64,000 nt of DNA from Octopus vulgaris. Lineage: Eukaryota. This document shows positions 22,790 through 35,896 of this stretch, piece by piece. How positions within the stretch are numbered: the first letter of the stretch is position 1; each line of letters starts with the position of its first letter. The DNA is taken from the NCBI GenBank assembly GCA_951406725.2, contig OX597815.1:42532001-42596000 (forward strand), read 5' to 3'. Both the position numbers and the translations under genes were made by a program. The notes under the pieces were generated by a model. The model saw nothing but the letters and a program-made list of their open reading frames with translations. It had not been told where the DNA came from and ran no database searches.

Positions 22790-24865
22790 TTAAAACAGGG
22801 TCCCAATTTGGGGTAAGGTCTCATCGATTACATCAATACTTCGGTTATTTATTTCATCAATTTTGGAAAGGTGATAGTCAAATTTGACATCGGTGGTATT
22901 TGAACTCTGAAAGTAAAATAACGAAACTAACTAAGTCAAGACCTTTTACTCGCCTTTCTATTGTTTCTGCCAAGCGACCGCCTCAGGAATCAATATTGGT
23001 TTTAAATTTTGGCACAAGGCCGGCAATTTCGGGAGAGGGCTTAGGCCGATTAAAGGAAAATTGACCTTGGCGGAATTTGAGCTCGGGACGTAAAGATGGA
23101 CGAAATGCCGCTAAGCAACGATTCTGCCAGCTCGCCGCTTTACCTCAGGAATCAATATGGACTTCAGATTTTGGCACAAGGCCAGTAATTTCGGATGAGT
23201 GGGTGAGTCAATTACATTGACTCCTGCGCTCAACTGGTACTTATTTTATCGACCCTGGAACTCAGGAGATGAAGACGGACGAAATCCTGCTAAGCATTTG
23301 CCCGGAGTGCAAAGAATTCTACTAGCTCGCCGCCTTACCTTGCCTCCAGAAATAAATATTAATAATATGTAAAGCATCGTGATAATGTTTTCTTATATAA
23401 TATCCACGTGATAATTTTTTTTAAAGCAAAGTATAGACGTTTAGCACTATCATTAATATAAATATCAAGGCGGCGAGCTGGCAAAATCGTTAGCACGCTG
23501 GGCGAAATGCTACGTTCTGAGTTCAAATTTCAGTGAGGTCGACTTTGTCTCCCATATTTTCTGGGTCGAGAAATTAAATACTAGTTGCGTACTGGGGTCG
23601 ATCCAGTCGACTGGCCTCCTGCCCCAAAATTTCGGGCCTTGTGCCCAGAGTAGAAAGGATTAATATTCCATATAACCTATATATGAGCTAAACATAGGAG
23701 TTAAATTTTCCTTAAAGTACACCCTACCGTCAGAAAAACATAAAAGGAAAGGACATAACGGTTGGTGCAATTTTGAAGAAGGGACGGTGTGGTCAAAATC
23801 TGAATGCATTTAATCATATAATCTCACGAAGCTAAAATGGCATACCCCCTCCCCCGCAAAAAAACAAGACAAAACAACATCATGCCTGAAAGTAAAGAAC
23901 GCGCGACATGGTTTCGATTCCAAGTTGAACCTTTTCATTTCACTTGTTCTGTTATAGTAATAGCTTGAAACTGATCTTTGGGTTTTTTCTTCTAAAATCT
24001 GTGGAGTTTTACTCTGACTAAAAATAACCTCTACTATTAACATCTGAAACAGGCGGTGAGCTGGCAGAATCATTACCTCGACGGACAAAATGTTTAGTGG
24101 CACTTCTTCCATTTTACATTCTGAGTTCAAATTTCTCCTACGTGGACTTTGCTTTCCATCGTTTCGGAGTTGAAAACGAAAGTACAACTTGAGCGGTGGG
24201 GTCAATGTAATCGACTAGCTCATCCTTCCAAATTTCAGACCTTTTGCCTAAAGCAGAAGGTGTTATTTATAGCTAAAATTATAATGATAAATGATGTGCA
24301 TAAAACGAAAGATTTTCGGGCAAGTGTACCGGTTTAGCATAGTCTCTTCATATCTTGAGGCAGGTTTCGGGGTAAGTAAGCACAAATTACTAAATTGTGA
24401 AACACAAGTCCATCATCATTATCAATGTTGTCATTATCAACATCATAATAGTAGTGGTAATAATAATGACAATAATAATCCTTTCTACTGTAGGGACAAG
24501 GCCTGAAATTTGGGGGAGGGGGATAGTCGACTACATCGACTCCAGTGCTCGACTGGTACTTATTTTATTGACCCCGAAGAATGAAGGGCAAAGTCGATCT
24601 CGGCGGCATCTGAACTCAGACTGTAAAGTCAGAAGAAAAGCCGCTAAGCATTTTTTGTACTCTAGGTACAAGGCCCGAAATTTTCGGGAGGGGTCCAGTC
24701 GGTTAGATCGACTCCAGTATGTAACTGGTACTTAATTTATCGAACCCAAAAGGATGAAAGACAAAGTCGACCTCAGTGGAATTTGAACTCAGAACGTAGC
24801 AACGGGCAAAATACCAATAAGCATTTCGTCCAGCGCGCTAATGATTCTGCCAGCACACCGCCTTT
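22790..24865. mobile_element. SINE family A cluster, mixed orientation (- 22790-23340; + 23467-23660; + 24050-24260; - 24480-24865)
   Basis: Family A head and core motifs. Confidence 0.75.
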
Positions 24866-25355
24866 AATTAATAATAATAATAATAGTAATAGTAGTAGTA
24901 GTAGTAGTAATAACAGGTGGTGAGAGTAGTGGTAGTAGTACAGGTACTACTACTACAACTAGTAGTAGTAGTGGTGTTGTTGGTGGTAGTGATGGGGGAT
25001 GTAGTTGTAACAGAAGAAGAAGAAGAAGAAGAAGAAGAAGAAGAAGAAGAAGAAGAAGAAGACGACTCAATAACGAACGGCAGTAATAAAAGGAGCTGAG
25101 ACATTAACAGTACTAGCAGAAGCCGCTGTAGAAGCAACAACTGTAGCAAAAGAACCCAGTAGTGCTGCTTCCCAGTATAGCGGCAACAGAAACAACTTCT
25201 ACTGCTTTGAACTGCGACAGTAGTAATAGTAATAAGCAGCGGCAGTACTCTCACCACTAATCACAAACACCACCACCACCACCAACCACCAACAACAACA
25301 ACAACAATAGCAACTGCAGCAGCAGAAGCCGTAGTAGAAATGGTGGTGGTGGTCT
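24866..25355. repeat. (TAA)/(TAG)/(GAA)/(CAA) microsatellite field
   Basis: Direct inspection. Confidence 0.9.
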
Positions 25356-25399
25356 CAACAGGTAGAAAATACTACCAAAGAAACTTTTATCCTTTGTTT

Positions 25400-25780
25400 T
25401 TTTTTACTTATTTCAGTCGTGTGACTAGAGCCATGCTGGGACATCACCTTGATGGGGTTTTAGTCGGACAAATGGATCTCAGGACTTATTTTGTTAAGCC
25501 TAGTACTTACTCTATTGGTGTTTTATGCCAAACCGCTAAGTTACGGGTACATAAACACGCCAGCACTGGTTGTCAAACGGTGGTGGGGGACAAACTCAAA
25601 TTCAAAGAAAATCACACATAGATATGCATACATATACGACAGGCTTCTTTCCGTTTCCGTCTACCAATCCACTCAGAAGGCTTTGGTAGGCTCGAAGCTA
25701 TAGAAGTAGACACTTGCCCAAGTGGGACTAGATCCACAGCTATGTAGTTGGGAAGCAAGCTTCTTATCACACAGCCACGG
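25400..25780 (-). mobile_element. SINE family B
   Basis: Homologous to 11595-11958. Confidence 0.75.
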
Positions 25781-25786
25781 TTACCC

Positions 25787-25856
<70 letters not shown>

Positions 25857-25916
25857 GTGCGTGTGTGAGTGTGCGCGCGTGCGTGTGTGTGTGCGCGCGC
25901 GCGCGCGTGTGTGTGT

Positions 25917-26285
25917 GAAGGCTTATGGCTCAGTGGTTAGAGCGTCGAGCTTACGATCGTGAGGTTGTGAGTTCGAATCCTGGACGACGCTGCGTGTGGT
26001 GTTCTTGTTGAGCAAGACACTTTATTTCACGTAGTTCCAGTTCACTCAGCTGTAGAAATGAGTTGCGACCACCAAATCCACTTTGGTAAGCTCGAAGCTA
26101 TAGAAGAAGACACTTGTCCAAGTGGGACTGGATCCAGAACTTTGTGGTTAGGGAGCAAGCTAGGGGCGTGAAGAGGGGAGGCTGGTATGCATGGTTGACA
26201 GCTAGTCTTCCATAAACAACCTTGCCGTAACTTGTGCTTCGGGGGGTAACTTTCTAGGTGTAATCCCAAGGTCATTCATGACTGA
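25917..26285 (+). mobile_element. SINE family D with an ~80-bp foreign insert
   Basis: TGGCTCAGTGG A-box, GTTCGAATCC B-box; body homologous to 11165-11490. Confidence 0.8.
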
Positions 26286-26539
26286 AGTGGAGCTTTACTT
26301 TACAGTCATTCTTATGCCGTCGATTTGCACGCGCGCGTATGTATGTACGTATGTATGTATGTATGTATGTATGTATGTATGTATGTATGTATGTATGTAT
26401 GTATGTGTGTGTGCATGCGTGCATGTGTATGAATGTATGCACGTATGGATGCATGTTTATATGTATTTTTAAGTGCATTTATTCATATCTATCTATCTGT
26501 CAATAAGTGAGTATGTGCATAATGTCACCATTATTTACA

Positions 26540-28160
26540 CTGCCCTTGCCAGGGAACGATCTGTGGACCATGCCTCTGTTTTCTCTCCTCGCATCCACCT
26601 CGCCCTTACCCATCTCCTGTTTCCCCTCACCAACCACCACGTCACCCTATCTCCAACGCACCATTCTCCGAACCTTCCGGCGACTGCAGTTCAGTCCCTC
26701 CACCTCGCACCTCTTTCCTAACTTACCTTTCCCTCCTTCAAACGAGCCCATAGCCTGCATGACCTTCTGGTCCGCAGTTTCTTCCCTACCCCCTCTCCCA
26801 GCCTGGCTCCTTCCCCTGCTCCTGCCCTTATCTCTCCAACACCACCATCCTCACATGCCTCATCACTATCCTTATCACGTCACCAACTCCTTTAGCTGCA
26901 CCTCTAATAATGTTATTTACTGCATCACCTGCTCTCTCTGTCCTTCCCTGTGCATTGGTCAAACGGGACGCCGCTTGGCTGACCGATTCGCGGAGCATCT
27001 CTGAGGCATCAGACTTGGCAATGATACCCCGGTCTCGCGCCACTTCCGCTTTATCGGTCATTCGCTACAAAATCTGTCTGTGTTCGGACCGTCTCTGCAC
27101 AGGAGTCCCACCTTCGCCATGAATAAGAAATAACCTTCTCTCTTCACTCCTTTGCGGTATTTAGGCTCAGCTCACCTCTCTTCCTCGGACACTAACCACT
27201 AACAGATCCCCACACACCTGCCACATTCAACTCCCACCTCTACCGACATATCTGCATACAGCGTACGTCGGTACCCCATCACACACGGACCACTGTACAA
27301 ACATCCATACGCTATTCAACTCATCACTCACTTCACACACCATTATACACATACCCACAACACCTTCCCTCTCTACACATACTAGCAGCGACCACGTCTT
27401 AGCACCCATACCACACACCATTATGCACACACCCACACACATTCTTCAATAGCGCCACCACAACTACCACTATACGAGCAGCCATACACACTGTTTAACT
27501 CAGTATACACACCTTCATGCACACTCCCACATCCACACAAGTACGTAATATCTGAACACAGACAATATATACACACACGCAATACACATAAATGCACGCA
27601 ACAAGTATAGACAAAGATAACTTTCGCCCACAAACATACACTATACACATGCATACTATTTGGTCACAGTCACAGACACATACACATATATATACATATA
27701 CACACACAAGTGCACACACCACTTGAAAAAGCACACACCAACTGCTACACATAACATACATGCACACAAACACACACACACACGTCAAACTCACTCTCCT
27801 TAATTCACAAGTACACACTCATACACTATTCTCACATGCACACAGACGCTCGCACACCTTAGTTCGTTGGGATCACCATTATTATATCCCTTTAATTCAA
27901 CCGCTTTTTTTATTATTATCTCCTTCATTCTATCTCTTCTTTTCTAATCATCTCGCCATGTTGGACCGCCGAACACTACACAGTTTTATTTACTCTGTAT
28001 TTTTTCGTTCTCTCTTCATTTCTATTTCTTCTTCCTTTCTGTCGCAGAGCGTAGGCTCGAAACGTAAAAGAGTTTTCTATCTTTCCCAAGCGTTAAACTA
28101 ATACATCTGCTTGTTGTTCCTACACCTGTCTTCATCTTTTGATTATTTTTGTAAACTTAT
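26540..28160 (+). mobile_element. 5'-truncated Penelope-like element: decayed GIY-YIG endonuclease, CA-rich spacer, terminal repeat
   Basis: SFSCTSNNVIYCITCSLCPSLCIGQTGRRLADRFAEH (VIY...YIG-type motif), then TPVSRHF; upstream FKRAHSLHDLLVRS and PGSFPC. Ends in a hammerhead-bearing repeat and (TA)n. Confidence 0.85.
28035..28070 (+). ncRNA. Minimal hammerhead-like motif in the Penelope terminal repeat (variant, probably dead core)
   Basis: CTTT | CTGTCGC A | GAGC gtag GCTC | GAAA CGTA | AAAG. Confidence 0.55.
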
Positions 28161-28695
28161 ATATATATATAAATATATATAATAGAGAAAATAGGTTGAG
28201 GAAGATTGGTATAAATAAGGTTGCATCCAGTGTCTATGCTTGGAGATCATAGACGAGTTCGTCAAAGATGAGTGAAACAAACTTTTGGCGATCCTATCTC
28301 TTAATTCAGATATAAATATGGACACTCATCTCTGATAATACTCATATGCATCAAATATACTGTAATATACATCTAAGATCTTAAAATAGTGCATTGATTT
28401 CACGTCGTTATATGACTGTAATATTTATAACATATCTTGCATTTAATGAAGAGCCATACTAAAGTAATCAGGGCAAGCTGAAGGTGTTCCTTCATTATCA
28501 GTAAGCAGCCCAAGGTGCATGTTAACGGTTGCACAACCTATTAAGCATGAAGCTCTTCAAATATCTTTACTCTGGCAAAATTTTAAGAACCGGTTTGATC
28601 TGCTGCTAAAATTTTAATCACCGGTTTTGTGTGTGTATATATATATATGTAAATAAGTAAATGAATTAAACGCTGGTGTTATTCAAATCTTTATA

Positions 28696-28783
28696 CTTCC
28701 GACATATGTTTCGAAGAAAACATTGGTATTATTCAAGAAGGAATAAACTGATGTAAAACAATGCAATCTTCTCATCAGGGAAA
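28696..28783 (-). ncRNA. Type-I hammerhead ribozyme with canonical core and long stem II
   Basis: Minus strand: TTTCC | CTGATGA | GAAGA..CATTG...CAATG..TCTTC | GAAA CATATG TC | GGAAG; palindromic stem III ACATATGT and a GUC site. Confidence 0.85.
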
Positions 28784-29038
28784 AAGGAGAAACAAAACGC
28801 TTCAATAAGACATTTTAACCGAATGTGATTACTGTACATAAGGTCATATATGCAGTGATCACAAGTAAAAGATAAAGCGATACATACTGAAGTATTGACG
28901 GCCTTTGTCCTCTTTACACAGATAAATTTATCAAAATTTAATTGTGAAATAATTAATTTCTCAATTATTAATTAGAGTGAAACCCAAAGGGCTCTATATC
29001 CTGTACATGCACATGAAGATGTGAAGGATCGTCTATAC

Positions 29039-29088
<50 letters not shown>

Positions 29089-29103
29089 GTGTGTGTATAC
29101 ATA

Positions 29104-29160
<57 letters not shown>

Positions 29161-29904
29161 ATATGTATATATATGTTATTTCGTCTGCCGTTGCGCACTG
29201 GGGTCGATGTAATCCACTTAATCACTTTGTCTTTGTTTGTCTCCTCTATGCTCAGCTCCTTGTGGGCAAAATAGAAATATATATGCATATATATATGTGT
29301 GTGTATATACATATATATGTGCATGTTATACATACATATATATATTTAATGAAGGAATATTCTCATTAATAGTTAGATAATACTGTAAGTGATACTCAAT
29401 AATATTTAACAAGCAAAAGTATTCGATGAGATAATGAAAGTATTTCAGTATTAATTTGTTACGCTACTTTCAGAATCACCAAAATTTTAATTAAATTCAA
29501 CTTTAGCAATTTTTTTATTACAGGAAATTATCAGGAAATTATAGATATTACTATTACTCTTCTTAAAAAAAATACAGAAAGAAATAAGAAATGCTTTTTT
29601 ATATGTCTTGGTATTTATTACGATAATATATTATGGATTTTTTGATTTCTTGAGAATAATTACAATAAAATTCAGAGGAACGGGAAAGTTTATTTGCAGT
29701 GTTGAGGGTAGACTATAACATTTCTTAGTGCGAATATAAGGAAACTCGGCAAAATATTAAGTTGAGGTGTTGTTTAGCTAAGAAACGGGTAGAATCAACA
29801 AAGGGTAGTGTAAAAGAGAGAGAAGTCAAGAAAGCATGATAAAGAAGAATAAAGCTTAGAATGATTGGCAGGAAAACAGGCAGGTAAAATATCCCAAATA
29901 TTCT

Positions 29905-30113
29905 TTGATACTCTAGGCACAAGGCTAGAAATTTTGGGGAGCGGCCAGTCGATTAGACGAGCCCAGTATGCAACTGGTACTTAATTTATCGACCACAAAA
30001 CGATGAAAGGCAAAGTCAACCTCGGCGGAATTTGAACTCAGAATGTAAAGACAGACGAAATGCTACTAAGCATTTCGCCCGGCGTGCTAACATTTCTGCC
30101 AGCTCGCTGACTT
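29905..30113 (-). mobile_element. SINE family A, near full-length monomer
   Basis: Head, core and tail motifs. Confidence 0.85.
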
Positions 30114-31949
30114 AAAATACCTCCAATATTGAAATATAGATGTAGAGATACGATGATAAGTAATGAGGTGAAAGGAATAATGCCTCAAAAAAAAAAACAA
30201 AAAAAAAAACAGATCTACAAATACGATGTCAAATTCAGCCACGATATTCAGCTATTAGATAAAGCTGTGTTTATTTGCTGTGAATTAAAAAGCACCACTG
30301 AAATCTGTACTATAACATTTTGCTGCCGGTAGGATGGATTGTTTAACACTTAAATTCATATTTAGAAACAAAACACGCACACACAGATTTGTGTGTATGA
30401 TTTTATGGTTACCATACAATATATATTTGATTTACTTGCCCATATTTGTCCTCCTTGCCTTCAGCTCTTTATCAGGTGGGTTTCTGCTTCTTTTGCGCTT
30501 ATGGCTACTGTAATCTAGAGCTGTGCATAACCTGTCCCTTCCCGAGCCACATGCACATGTGGAACCGTTGCGACAATAACAAGTTTAGAATCCCCTCGAT
30601 TTTGATTGCTAGGTCATCTGGGACATAGACATCTCAGTACTAGGGAAACTTAGTGATCATCTAAGTAATAAAGAGAGCAGGTGACGTGACAGGAGAGATG
30701 GCCTGTGTTATAAACCGTCACATGATTTGTCGTAAGACATGTAATTTTGTTCAGAAACATTTAATTTTGTACAATGATATGTATGCTCAAAAACTATGGA
30801 TTTCTTGTTCGCAATTCAACTGTAATTTGTCGACTACATTTTGCATATAGTGTTATAGAGGTGATGACTGGAGTGTGTTGTAGAAAAAAATTGGAGAAGG
30901 AGCCTTTGATTATAGGTTGCGAGAAGGGGATGCAAACAGCAGGGCTGGCTTACAACATTGACTAGAAATAACAACCTAATCGCTCTTAATTCATGCATAT
31001 TTGGACAATGTCGTGCCTTATATGTAAAAAATGGATGACCAAGACTTGTACATAACTGTTTGTAGCTTTTGTCGGTCAAAGCTGTCTTGGGGCTAAACAG
31101 CTACAACAACATCAGCATTGCAAGGTGGAATAGTGCTGCTTTTCATTAATGTAGTGATTATAGAAGAGATATCATTGCTATTATCATTGTTTTCGACATC
31201 TGCTCGTCACATGATCGAATTTGCAACTGTGGTTACAGCTAAAGAGTTACTACCGTTTCTTCCGAGACGCACACACATACATATGCACGCACATGCACAC
31301 CCATACATCAATGCACACATCCACACACATAAATTGCATGCACACGCACGCATGCAGTTTCACATACGCTTACACATACACAGACGTATACATTTCTGGT
31401 AGACTAGCTCTAATAACAGTCGTTATGATGAATTTGTTGCATTTGTAGCAGTTGCATTCACTGTAAGCTAAATAAAATAATCTGAGGTAGACATTTTCCT
31501 ACTTTGTGCATTATTAAATGGTTTTGAAATTTTTTTCTTCCTTTCTGGAAAATGTAAAAGTTACCATGGCAATATCTGCAACAGCTTGCACATGATACAT
31601 TTGACAGTTGCTTACGTTGTTTCTCTGCATTTGCTGCAGTTATATAATTAATATGTACTACACAAATCAGAGATGCTGAATGTTTTGAAGTCACTTCTGT
31701 TAAAATAGTGGTAATAAGCCGTATTATTTGATTCACAAGTTAGATCGTGCAAAAAGAAGCAATACAATAGCTGTAGAAGTCTGCAATTCTCATGATCCGG
31801 GAATAATAAATCTGCGATCTTATAAACTCAGTCACTAGGGTTTGATACTCTTAGATGAGTGAAAATGTAAAAAAGAAAATAATTATTTTAATGGGAGAGA
31901 ATTTACAGGGTTATTTCAGAATTTGAAACTGTTCTGGTGATTCTTCTTC

Positions 31950-32242
31950 TTGGAAGTCTTTCGAGTCCCGGAAAGACGATTCTGCAATTCCTTGCTGAAC
32001 ATGTACACATGATTTGTTTACAGTGATCAACTGTTTGTGCTGTACATGAGTCACCCCTTCTATCAAATCGACATTGCTTGTACAGATGCACGAGGTGCCA
32101 CACTTCAGATGATGTAGTGATTGCAGAGCAAGGTGAAATGAAGTTTTTTTGCTCAAAATACACAACGCACTCCCCGGTCTATGAATTGAAACTACAATCT
32201 CGCGATCGTGAATGCAACACCCTAACTACTAGGCCAAGCACA
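31950..32242 (-). mobile_element. tRNA-derived SINE (family D variant)
   Basis: Homologous to 9010-9332. Confidence 0.65.
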
Positions 32243-32399
32243 CTTATTCGGTAATTTTACAGATTTATATATTAGGTGGTCTGTCATTAGGGATTTTTTC
32301 GTTAGTCGATAATGACTCACCATATGAAATATCACGAGACGTGGAATCAGAATTGAACCGATCCTCTCCTCTGGTTTCTACCCTCACTTGCTGTTGTTC

Positions 32400-32830
32400 A
32401 ACTGTAGGTACATTTAGAGGTCAAGTATTTGTCTTTTTCTTCAAAGAAGCTTTTTGATATATCAGATGACTTCAGTTGTCATCTTCTTCCTTAGGTCTGT
32501 CCAGCATAGTTACTAGACGTCATATAAATAAGCTGCAGCTTGCAGATCGATCATATTGTTTTTCCCATCCAACTTCGTCTTACAAGATTACAGCTGCAGT
32601 TTTCTCTTGGTTTCTTTGAAGTTAGCAATGCTTGTTTGAAGAATGGCAGCATGAAATCATTTCTCGTGAATTTGGTTGCATTGCTCTAATAGAGGAGCAG
32701 CGAAAGTGTCCTCACAGTCAAACAAGTTTTGATGTTCACTTGTTGATTTACTTAACACAGTTTAAGCTGTGTCATGCAATATGGTGCCTAGATTTTTTTT
32801 GTCTGCATTCCGTTCATATCTCTTTCCAGA
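32400..32830 (-). pseudogene. Old RTE-type LINE fragment
   Basis: EHQNLFDCED..PLLE...ANFKETKRKLQ...DLQAAAYLYD resembles RTE HQDWFDEND..LLE..FK.AKRK.Q..ELQ.AAD; many stops. Confidence 0.5.
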
Positions 32831-32905
32831 ATAAACTCTACATTACTATCCACTAACTTTCTTGTTACCACTTTAATGGACTAGAATGATTTGTAACCTT
32901 CATGC

Positions 32906-33002
<97 letters not shown>

Positions 33003-33073
33003 CGTATACACAAATACATTTGTACATACATCTATATACATACATACATACATACATACATACATACACATAC
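32906..33073. repeat. (TCTA)n and (TACA)n tetranucleotide repeats
   Basis: Direct inspection. Confidence 0.9.
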
Positions 33074-34565
33074 AGCTGTGCATTACTGAGGTAGATGTTG
33101 TCGACTTACCCCACCCCTCGAAATTGCTGGCCTTGTGCCAAAATTTGAAATCAATACATAGAGGAGGAAACTGAGACTATGAGATGCTCAGACTTCTCTT
33201 TGTGGTATCTGTGACGTAAATGGTATGCAGCTACCTCAGCGACAAGCTTATAGATTATGCTTGCTGGAAGATTATCGCTACACATTTAATCGTTCCTCTG
33301 TAAGATATGAATTTGGAGAAGGAAAGTGAAGAGAATTTCAGCCAATGATGCTGCAGTTTTAATGGTGGAAATGATCGAAAACATTGCAATTTAGAGGAGA
33401 ATGCTATAATTAAATTCGTACCTCTAGGATCTGAATCGGAATTAACATTGCTTTTCATCCATCTGTCTCGATAAAATAATTACCATAAATGCATTTAAAT
33501 AAGATTATTGAACATCAACCTCTTATTAAAATTGCCTTATTCCTTGTCAAAAGAAAGCAATATAAAAAAAACGAGGCTTCTAGATATCTGTGCATGTGTG
33601 TTGGCGTATAATTCATTTATAGTTTATTTAAAAAAAAACCCCTCCTCACTAACGACAAACACCAACTCTTGTTAGAGGACTAATTAAAATGTTGAGAGCA
33701 GGAACTGCAGAAACTATAAACTACTGAACTGTAAAAGCCTTACAGCTTTTAGTTCTGAGCCTTTATTTCTGATTCCGAATTCTGACTTTCATTCATCTGA
33801 ATATAAAGTAAATACCAGTTATGTAGTAAGGTCGATTTGATTGAATACAACAGTCTCTCTCACAAAATTTCGAGTCCAGTTTTTAACCTCAGATATTAAT
33901 AGTCTTAAAATTCGCATTATATTCTTTCTTAATGTCATAAAAAAAAAAACAACAACATATTCTTCGTATACACAATGTGTATACTCTATGTGTAAGAAAC
34001 AGCATCCAAATTTTCTTTGAATCGTATCCTACAACATTAAACAAAGGAAGGAACAACTAAATAATGAAATCCTAGATGTATGAAAATACAAGAATGCCCT
34101 AGCTGAAATTCAGTTGTCCTTTCTTTGAAAATTCACCCGTGGTTTAGCAATGATAGCAACACGCTATCCTAAATGAAGATACTCTGTTAGACATGAAAGA
34201 GCTTCCTTTTTTTATTTGAATTCTCTGTAATTAATTATGAATTACAATTCTCTATAACATCCAATGTCCTGTGTGGTGGCTCTCGAAACTTAAAGCTATG
34301 GAAACTGTTAACACAAAATCAGAAAAGCCATTTTTTCTGGAGGAAGGAATAAAATGAAATTTTGTACTGGAATACTTAACTCTGAAACCCGTATTAATAT
34401 TGAGTTTCTCATACAACCACCAACAAGGAAGAAAAAAATATAGCCAATTAAGTTCGATCTCCCTTCATAATTAGTACCTGTTTTATCAACCATCGAAAGA
34501 TGAAAGACAAAGTTGTGGTTCATATGGTGAAATCTGAAATCAGAATGTAAAGAGAAGTAATTAAA

Positions 34566-34724
34566 GCAAACATGGGCACCTTTTTTGCGAGATGCAAGAG
34601 ATATGACTCATTGAGACAGGTCGCACTACTGAAACACTTCATAGTATTCAAATAAATGTTATTTACCTTGTGAGATTAGGCACATTATCAGAAAGTCCCG
34701 TGGGCCGCAGTTTGCCCATGACTA
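34566..34724. mobile_element. Possible hAT-type MITE
   Basis: Terminal inverted motif CATGGGCA...TGCCCATG with subterminal GGGCCGCAGTT. Confidence 0.45.
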
Positions 34725-35454
34725 AATTAAAGCCTGCTTAACATTTTACCCGTGATTCTGCCGAATCCGTCCATTGACTACATTAAAATCAGACGAATAT
34801 TAATTTCATAACACGTTCTGAGGACAATTCCGACTGGGAGCTACTTTGCATTTTATCCTTCTGGTATCGATAAAAGAAAGTACCATTAAATTAACCTTAC
34901 ATTCCTGTTCCCCAAATTTGAGGCCTTCAGTTTATGTAACAAATCAATATTTTTTCTAATATAGGCACACGATCTCAAATTTTAAGGTAGCTTAAATTAA
35001 TTGCATCAACCTAAAACTTGACTGGTATTTATTTTATTTTACAAACTCGGAAGAATGAACAGTAAATTTGAACCTAGTAAGATTTGAGCTCAGAAACTAC
35101 CATTCAAGGGAAACCTTAATTGGAACCGTGGTTTAGATCTATTTGGAAAGCCAAGCGAGACTATTGGCGAACTACGATCGGAGGATGAACAATCTGAGAT
35201 TGCTGTGCTTATTTATTCCCTCTTAGTTAAGTGAACCAAAGCAATGTAGAAAAAAGTGTTATATTAAGAAACAATGAAATATCAGAGGCATAAGTGCAGC
35301 TAACTCAGTTCTTTGTGCTCTTCCTCAGCTTGCTTGTTTATAATATTCAACACGATGATTAAATATACGAGAAAAATCTACAGGCTAATCAGGTATATAA
35401 ATGAAATATAAATACGAGGTACATTTCAGAAGTTTTGGGACTATTATAGGAACT

Positions 35455-35602
35455 CTGTGGTAAGTAGCTTGCTTACGAACCACATGGTTCTGGGTTCAGT
35501 CCACTGCGTGACACCTTGGGCAAGTGTCTTCTACTATAGCCTCGGGCCGGCCGAAGCCTTGTGAGTGGATTTGATAGACGGAGAAACTGAAAGAAGCCCG
35601 TC

Positions 35603-35653
<51 letters not shown>

Positions 35654-35875
35654 TGTATGTGTGTGTATATGTTTGTGTGTCTGTGTTTGTCTCCCCAAGC
35701 ATCGCTCGACAACTGATGCTAGTGTGTTTACGTCCCCCGTAACTTAGCTGTTCAGCAAAAGAGACCGATAGAATAAGTACTAGGCTTACAAAGAATAAGT
35801 CCTGGGGTCGATTTGCTCGACTAAAGGCGGTGCTCCAGCATGGCCACAGTCAAATGACTGAAATAAGTAAAAGAA
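35455..35875 (+). mobile_element. SINE family B, near full-length, with internal (TA)n/(TG)n
   Basis: tRNA-like head, ACCTTGGGCAAGT CORE-like motif, internal microsatellite, conserved tail. Confidence 0.85.
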
Positions 35876-35896
35876 TATTTATATATATATTATAGT

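Noticed and set aside
31911-32401. Two minus-strand exons (32321-32401 with a GTGAGT donor; terminal ESSFRDSKDFQEEESPEQFQILK*) in compatible phase
   Set aside because: The terminal acceptor overlaps a SINE tail homologous to 9010-9332, the upstream exon abuts an RTE remnant, and the pyrimidine tracts are weak. Exonisation cannot be excluded without RNA data.
31483-33105. let-7-like TGAGGTAG at ~31483 and ~33087
   Set aside because: Only 8 nt match, with no pre-miRNA hairpin; the second lies in a SINE remnant.
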